Part shown: one piece after another, positions 57,455 to 64,000 of the stretch
Position numbering within the stretch: position 1 is the first letter of the stretch
Layout of the letters: each line of letters starts with the position of its first letter
Source: the human T2T-CHM13v2.0 reference genome, Homo sapiens
Assembly: GCF_009914755.1 (NCBI RefSeq)
Contig: NC_060927.1
Length of the DNA stretch: 64,000 nucleotides
Strand: one strand, 5' to 3'
Made by a program: the position numbers and the translations under genes
Notes under the pieces: model-generated
The model's database searches: none
What the model was told of the DNA's origin: nothing
Seen by the model: the letters and a program-made list of their open reading frames with translations, nothing else

Positions 57455-58140
57455 TTTCATCATTCATTCATTTATCCACCAAATCTTTATTGAACACCTA
57501 CTATGTGGCAGGTACTCTCTGAAACACCAAGGATATGGTATTAAGCAAAACAAACAAGTTTCCTGCTTTTGTGGACGTCTTAGTAAATGGAGATAGTCAA
57601 TAATAAATGAACAAATAAATAAGCAAGAAGGTATCAGGCAATAAAGTGCAAAAACTAAAAAGAGGAATTACTGGAGAAAGTGAAAGATGTTTTTAGGTTA
57701 GGTGGTTGGGGAAGAAAGACCCTCTAAGAAACAGAAAGTAGAACTAACAACTGAGTGGCAAAGGAAGAGAGGGCAGGAAAAGATCTGAGGAAAGAATGTT
57801 CCAAGCAGGCAGAATAGCTAGCGCAAAGGCATGGAAGGTGAGTGTGGCTGAAGAGTAGGAAAGGAGAGGGTTGAAATTAAATAAAACAAAAAGATAGATG
57901 AGAGGTAGACTGCATAACACTTTAAATGCATGGGAAAGGGTTTGGGTTTTACTTACTGTAAACTTACTGGACAACTATTGAACTTTTCTCAGATGAGTGA
58001 TATGATCTAATTTATGCTTTAAATGGCTCAACATGGGTAATAGAGATTTCTAGGGGTAAGAGTGAAAGCAGTGAGACCTAAAGGGAGCCTGTTGCAGTGG
58101 TCCACAGGGAGGTGACAGAAGGGTGGTAGCAGGGGAGACT
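57455..58140 (-). mobile_element. L2 fragment
   Basis: CATTCATTCAT...TTTATTGAACACCTACTATGTGGCAGGTACT...GGAAAGAATGTTCCAAGCAG. Confidence 0.7.
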
Positions 58141-59736
58141 TAGAAAATGTTAATGCTCTATCTGGAAAAAAATACGAGGCAGAAAGAGCTAACCCAACCA
58201 GCAGATTAGAATCTGCCTATTAGCCTTAGAACCTTATTTAGTGAAAGTTGACCCAGAAAGCCCTTTAGAGATAATTCAGTAGAAACCCTTCAATTTAAAC
58301 TTGAGAAAAACAGAGACGTGGACAAATTCTGGGACACAGCCAGGGTCACAGAGCAAACCGCTAGCAAACCCAAGACTGAGCCTCATACCTCCTATCTTCC
58401 CAAATGTTAAAGTGCCCAAGGCCATACAGAAACCAGCAGGGCCTGAGCGTGGATTTCATGGGCTCTTTCTACACCAGCAAGTTCCAATCTCTGGTGCAAA
58501 TCTGCATAATGGGGACAGCCGAGAAGTTACTGCAGGGTCCATGCATCCAAATGTGGATTTGTCATACCCTGTACACTGAATAAACAAAAGTATAAGTGCC
58601 ATCACGTTGCATCCAAAGCAGAGTGGTTAATAGCTTAGACAATGGCATACAATTAGGCTCAAATTTTAGCTTTACCAGGTATTGACTCTGTACTTTCAGA
58701 TAAGTTACTTAACTCTTTGGGTCTTGGTTTTTTCACCTATACCCTGGAATAAAAATTGTAACTCGTAGTTTTGTAAGGCTCAAATAAAATGATATACCAA
58801 AAACACCCACATAGAATAGTATCTGGCAAGGAGTAAATATTCAAGAAATCTTCACTATTATTATGTAGAAGACAGAACTTTTTTCCTTTTACTTGCAATG
58901 GGGCTCTTAATATTCAGAGCCAATGAGAATTACTCACTGGGCTCCGTGAAGAAACAATTAAGTATGGTTCTACCCTACAGGTGCATTGCTGGAAACTGCT
59001 GCCTCTTTGACCCTACTCTGACTCTGCCCCTTATCAGCCACCTGGAGGAACTGTGGCCTTCAGCACAGAGACACTATTCTTTCAGTCAATCCTTCATTTA
59101 TTTATTCTGTAAATGTTTACTGAGTGCTCACTTAAATGCCAGGTGATTCTAAGGCTTTTTTTCCCTGCTTCAGATGTGTTCACTTGCTTAATTTACTCCC
59201 CTGAGTAACTTCTCTCATTGAAGTGCAGAGATTTGTCAATAAGCAGGTGAGGGGTGGCCACAGGGGAGTGGGGAGGAAAAGGTTCCTATCAGAATTTCAA
59301 AGGGGCCATGGGGCATGTACAGTTTGAAGAATTGGTAAGCACCCCAAAAGCTCAGGCATAGGCAACAAGCGGATCGAAAGAGATGGAGGAGAGAGGGAGC
59401 TGGACTCCCTGAGCCCAGTTTGCAGGTGTGTAGTGTAGGTGAAAGCACTGCCTTGCCCGTTGTTCATTTCTTCCCCACACCTTCCCACTCACAGCTCTAT
59501 GAGGCATAAGTGTAGCCATTTTACAAAGGGGAAACCAAGGCTCAGGCGCAGGCCACATGACTAGTAAGTGGGAGACCAGGACTAGAACCCAAGTTGCCTG
59601 ACTCCTCGTTATGGTTTTTTGGTTGGTTGGTTTGGTCCCCCAACCTCCCCCTATCCACCAAGTTGTTACTGTGTGTATAAGAAAAGGAAGAAAGGGAGTA
59701 AGAGAGATGATGGTGGTGGCTATGATATGGTAGTGA

Positions 59737-59738
<2 letters not shown>

Positions 59739-59770
<32 letters not shown>

Positions 59771-59863
59771 ACGCATGAAAGAGAGAGAGAGAAGGAGAGA
59801 GACAGAGATACAAAGAGACAGAGATAGGAAGGAAAGCGAGAGAGAGAGAGAGAGACAGAGAGA
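59739..59863. repeat. (TG)n followed by degenerate (GA)n, about 1.2 kb upstream of the SYNPR start codon
   Basis: About 15 TG units at 59739-59769, then GA-rich repeats. Confidence 0.92.
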
Positions 59864-60411
59864 GGGACCTCAGAAAAAGACTTTGGACAACTCCAAATTA
59901 ACAACAAATTAATACCTATAAAAAATGTGGCCAGCCTATGTGCATTTCAACATTCCCGCACCGAGTGGGGACCCAAAGTAGGGGGCGGGAAGGAGAGGCA
60001 CACAGACTTCCTCTCCCTGTGCTGCGGTATCTGCCTTGGGGAAACATTGTCCACGATGCCAGTGTGAGAACATGTCACCTGTGGCAGCCTCTCCAAGAAT
60101 TTGATACAAATGCCCCCAACACACATTGCCTCAAGGTGCTATGATTTCGGCCCTTCGAAGTAGTCGAGCTGAACTCCTTCCTACAGAGGTTTATTTGAAG
60201 AAGAAAGCAGATCCATGTCGCACTTAAGCCTCTGAAACCATTTTAATTTTGAGGTTTTGCAGGAGACGTCTTTAAGTAACACTCCTGTGACGAGTGAGCA
60301 ACCAAGTTGTAATCTGTCCCTTCTACAGTTGCCAGAGCCTTAAAAGCCTGTCTTCCAGTACATCACCTTAATGATTATTTATGGACAGTGTACGAGTTTC
60401 CCAAATGGGGA

Positions 60412-60495
60412 TTATGCATAACAGCTATGCATTTACATTAAAATGAGGGCAATTTATTTAACAAACATAACAACATTTACTTAATCTATGCAAAT
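60412..60495. promoter_or_regulatory. Cluster of POU/octamer-type motifs upstream of the SYNPR internal promoter
   Basis: TTATGCATAA palindrome at 60412-60421, TATGCATT at 60426-60433, and a perfect octamer ATGCAAAT at 60488-60495. Confidence 0.4.
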
Positions 60496-60860
60496 CTATT
60501 CGTAAGATTTTATAAAACCACCATTTTTCCCCATACCCTTAAAACACAAAATTCTGGCTTTAAAAAAATCTCCTAGTTTGTTTTTAAGCACTGTGCTTGC
60601 AGGAGGAGGGGGCTGGCAGAGTAAAGGGGAGATGGTGCCTCTGTTGGTGATGCAGCCTGCTCGTGCAAAGCAGTCCTGCACTTCCAGTTGTGAGCCAAGA
60701 GCCAAGTGTGGGAGCTCACCATGGTGGCAGCCACCTCCCCACCAAGCAGGCAGCGTTCACCAGAGGGGAGTATCAGGTTCCTGTACTCAGCTGTGGGTTG
60801 TCACTGTCTAATAATATGACCGTTTTGCCATCTCTCTGCAAATGAGGCTGAAGCTGCTAT

Positions 60861-60930
60861 CTGATTGGTATAACATCTCACTTTCCCTCTGCATTGATTT
60901 TCTTCTTCTCCTCCTTTGCTTCATAAAAAG
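60861..60930 (+). promoter_or_regulatory. Core promoter of the internal SYNPR first exon: inverted CCAAT (NF-Y) box and TATA-like box
   Basis: CTGATTGGT at 60861-60869 (ACCAATCAG on the - strand) and CATAAAAAG at 60922-60930. The spacing fits a TSS near 60950, about 85 nt upstream of the ATG. Confidence 0.55.
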
Positions 60931-61035
60931 AGGGACAAGTGGCTGGTGCTGTGGACAGAGAAGCTTTATTTTTAGTATGAGACAACCTCTATTTTCTTTC
61001 AGGAGAGGGAAGTTGGATTATCAATTCTTTTGTAA

Positions 61036-61059
61036 ATGTGTATGGTGATATTTGCTCCG
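61036..61059 (+). CDS. SYNPR: Synaptoporin short-isoform first coding exon (MCMVIFAP), phase-0 donor GTAAGT at 61060
   Basis: ATG TGT ATG GTG ATA TTT GCT CCG followed by a consensus GTAAGT donor, with an in-frame TAA directly before the ATG. The peptide matches the synaptoporin N-terminus as I recall it ([20 protein letters not shown]...). It lies in a repeat-poor stretch with promoter motifs upstream. Confidence 0.9.
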
Positions 61060-63135
61060 GTAAGTTTACAGCTATCTTGATTTACAGCTGGCTGTGGGGA
61101 TATGTGTGTGCATGTATGTGTCTCCATAGGCACATTTGGATTGTACACTTTTCTTTCCAAGTATCAGTTTTTAAGTCTCTAGTAATAATCTCTATTTTTC
61201 TTGACTTTGCTTTCTTGTAATTTGTATGTTTAAACCAAAGAGGCTGTGTTGATACTGAAATGCTTACTTTAGCTGTTTAAGTATGTGCTGGGTTTCTTTG
61301 AACATAGTAAGGAAACTATTTAAGCAAACTTATATTTGCTTTATAAAACTGTAATGTCATTCTACCCTACCCCTCCTTCCTTGGAGTGTTTAATATCCTA
61401 AATACATTCATTGTGCTGCAACCTGCTTACCATTTTAATTAAAGTTTCTTCATCAGTGTCAGAGTGAAAATTACTTAAACTCCATATACAGCTACCAAAT
61501 ATTATATGTTGTGCTGAAAGGTGCTAGTTTTATAAGGTCTTATAGCAGTATGTAGAAAGAATGAGTTTCCCCTACGATTGGATGCATGCACCTTTAAAAG
61601 GACTGAATTTAGAAAAAGTATTCAGATCACTAAATGAAGTCCTAGCATGCCATGAAAAGCTACAATCACAAGTGGCTGTTGCTTCTCTTTCGTCTTTCTT
61701 TGCACTGTGTATTTCTGCCACCATCTGTCAGATGCCCAGTCCGGGCTCCTGTGTTTCTATATGTGAAGCTAATCAGGAGAAAAGTTGCTGTTATTAAATT
61801 TAACTACTGCAAAATGACTGTCCGGTCACCGTTGCTGGAAATGATTTTTAAATGCATTACCTGGTTAGCTGCGTTCTTTTTGTTCGAGAGTAAAAGATGC
61901 TCTGAATTCTTCATTGTTAATTCAGAAGTCTGGGGAAAAGTATTTTAATATAATTATTCTAGACAGGGATGAGAAGATGATTAAATAATTGCTTTAATGG
62001 AAACAAACTGATGCTTTAATCTTCTCTTTTTGTTATACAATCAACAAATCTGCATAGTCTTTTTCATGGTGAAACGAGCTGGAGAATAGATTTGTGATGA
62101 AAGTTAAAGGCACCATGGCATGTGAAGCAAGACGAGGTCTGACTATACATTTTTCAGAGATTTCGAGAGTAAAGTTGGGAATATCATGCAGGCCTAGGGC
62201 TCGTAGGCATAGATTTTTTTCAGGATAGCAATTTTTCAGATTTTGAAGTAGTCTTATGACAGCTCAGAATGCCTGTCTGGGAGTGCACTAACCTTCATAT
62301 CTACTCCCTTTTGGACGTGCCACGACTCACACACGCTGTGCACACTCCAATGAAGCTACTCATTTTGACAAACAGACTGAATTTTGATCAATCTAACTCA
62401 GCCTCAAAAATACACTAATCCCCCAAACCCACCCAAGTTATTATATTGCCTCGTTACTGGTCCCAATAAGCATGTGCCTAGTGTCAGTCTTAGACGACAA
62501 ACCTTAGCTGGAGCCAAGTGTATCTTAGCAGATAATTTGTTGGAAAAAAAAAAAAAAACAAAACACAAACAAAACTTTTATCCTTGGGCTGTTGCCAATT
62601 ACTGCTAAGTAAACTCACCAGCATGGAACATCACCTCTTCCCCTCCCCAACACACACACATCCAATCCCTCAACGTCCTTTAATATTTTATATAATATAT
62701 TTTATATAATCATTCTCCTTTCATGGCTGTAACAGGTTGTATGTGAAGTCATTTGCTATAGACAGAGCTTATCATCATCTGAAGCTATTCAGTAATATAA
62801 ATTAATGAAACTTGAGGTGGCAGCATGCATTCTGCATGTGAAAGTTATGCCTTTTCCTCCAGTCTGTTAGTTTACAGAAGTGTTAGGGCTCCAAGCATAC
62901 TCAGGCCCACAAAGGAAGAACAAAAAGGCATCTGTATCTTTAAAAGGTCGGGATCCTTAGTTGGAGTTAGAGCCAATGTGCACAGTTTTTACAAGTATCA
63001 CTTCTGAAAGGTCCATAATATCATAACCAGAAAATCTGTCATAATCTCTTCCAAGCATTAAAGACTTTTGTCATTTGGGGGAAAACAATAAAGGGATTTT
63101 TAAAATTTCATAATCAGCTCCTCTCTTCTTTTTAG

Positions 63136-63168
63136 CATAATGAAGAATGCAAGAGTCATTTCCATTTA
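63136..63168 (+). CDS. SYNPR: Candidate 33-nt in-frame cassette microexon of SYNPR (HNEECKSHFHL)
   Basis: Polypyrimidine tract CTCCTCTCTTCTTTTTAG ends at 63135. It is followed by 33 nt open in phase 0 (CAT AAT GAA GAA TGC AAG AGT CAT TTC CAT TTA) and GTAAGT at 63169. The phase matches the upstream MCMVIFAP exon. Confidence 0.65.
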
Positions 63169-63390
63169 GTAAGTACATCCTATATGCCTGGCACTGTGCT
63201 AAGCATTTTACATGGCTTATCCCCTTTAATCTTGACAAGCACTCTATGAGGGCCATAACATTACCTCTCCATTTTACAGATGAGAAAATGGAGACATAGG
63301 ACAAGTATGTAACTTACTTGAGGAAACACAGTGAGCGGGATGAGTCTCGGAACCAGGCAGGCTCATTCCAGAGTCCTGCTCTTCCTACCT
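63160..63390 (-). mobile_element. MIR SINE overlapping the microexon donor
   Basis: CATTTAGTAAGTACATCCTATATGCCTGGCACTGTGCTAAGCATTTTACATG...CTCCATTTTACAGATGAGAAAATGGAG. Confidence 0.8.
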
Positions 63391-64000
63391 CCCATCTGTC
63401 ATTGGTACAATCTACAACAAACGCCTAGACTGAAATGATTTCCAGGGACCTATAGTTAAACATCCTATTTTTCCCCATTCTGATACAAGGTAGTCTCCTT
63501 CCTCTCAGACTATGTCTTTATGATTCCAAGCTAAGTATGTCTTTGAAACTGAAGAATATGTGTTTTATTTCCACTCAACTTGAGCAGATACAAAGATATG
63601 AGTGTGACTAAATGAGCCCACCTAGGGTAAAATTTATGCAGAAGTGGATAAATCAAGGTAGTAGTTCTTTTAATTGATCAAAGTAAATCAATTCCTTTGA
63701 CCTTCAGTCTTTTGGACATAGTCAAAATAAAGATGCGATGACAGCTTAGAAATATCAATATCTCAAGGCAGCTGGTTCGTCATTGGTGCAAAATATAAAA
63801 AGCAATTCCAACGGAATCATTTTTGGAGAGCTTTACAAAATTCTCACCTTCCCTTTACTCACTCCCACCATGTTTTTTTTTTTTTTTTAATTTCTATTCT
63901 TTGGCTAGCTGGAAAGGGCTGAGGTAGCACTTCAGGTTGAATATTGCAAAGTGTCTATCTCACCTGGGTAATTTAAAAAGGAACACAGCTGTCAATAAGC

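Noticed and set aside
59352-59912. Overlapping 97-153 aa ORFs near the promoter
   Set aside because: They are driven by TG/GA microsatellites and a MIR, and are low complexity.
60944-60960. REST/RE1-like half-sites (TGGTGCTG, GGACAG) in the first exon
   Set aside because: The half-sites are in non-canonical orientation and spacing, so the motif alone is too weak.

Overview
This is primate, most likely human, genomic DNA (Alu, L1, L2, MIR, MaLR and MER repeats; CpG-depleted). One coding exon places the window. 61036-61059 (+) reads ATG TGT ATG GTG ATA TTT GCT CCG|GTAAGT = MCMVIFAP, the N-terminus I recognise for the short isoform of synaptoporin (SYNPR). The window is therefore most likely the 3' part of a long SYNPR intron, plus the internal alternative promoter, first exon and following intron. 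None of the other track ORFs is a credible protein gene; many are plainly repeat-derived. Main points of interest: (1) an in-frame 33-nt cassette microexon (HNEECKSHFHL, 63136-63168) at the edge of a MIR; (2) three uORFs joined by ATGA stop/start overlaps that end across the weak SYNPR start codon; (3) three short segments copied from 2.4-3.4 kb away, with junction scars suggesting template-switch or Pol theta repair (16.8-23.4 kb); (4) a TSD-flanked ~126-nt retrocopy of a shortened Alu-monomer Pol III RNA resembling the ASR/snaR lineage (55921-56046); (5) a CpG-enriched, hairpin-forming MIR with a CTCF-like motif (51170-51290); (6) an intact THE1 element with a 5-bp TSD. Repeat subfamily names and most repeat boundaries were assigned by eye and are approximate.
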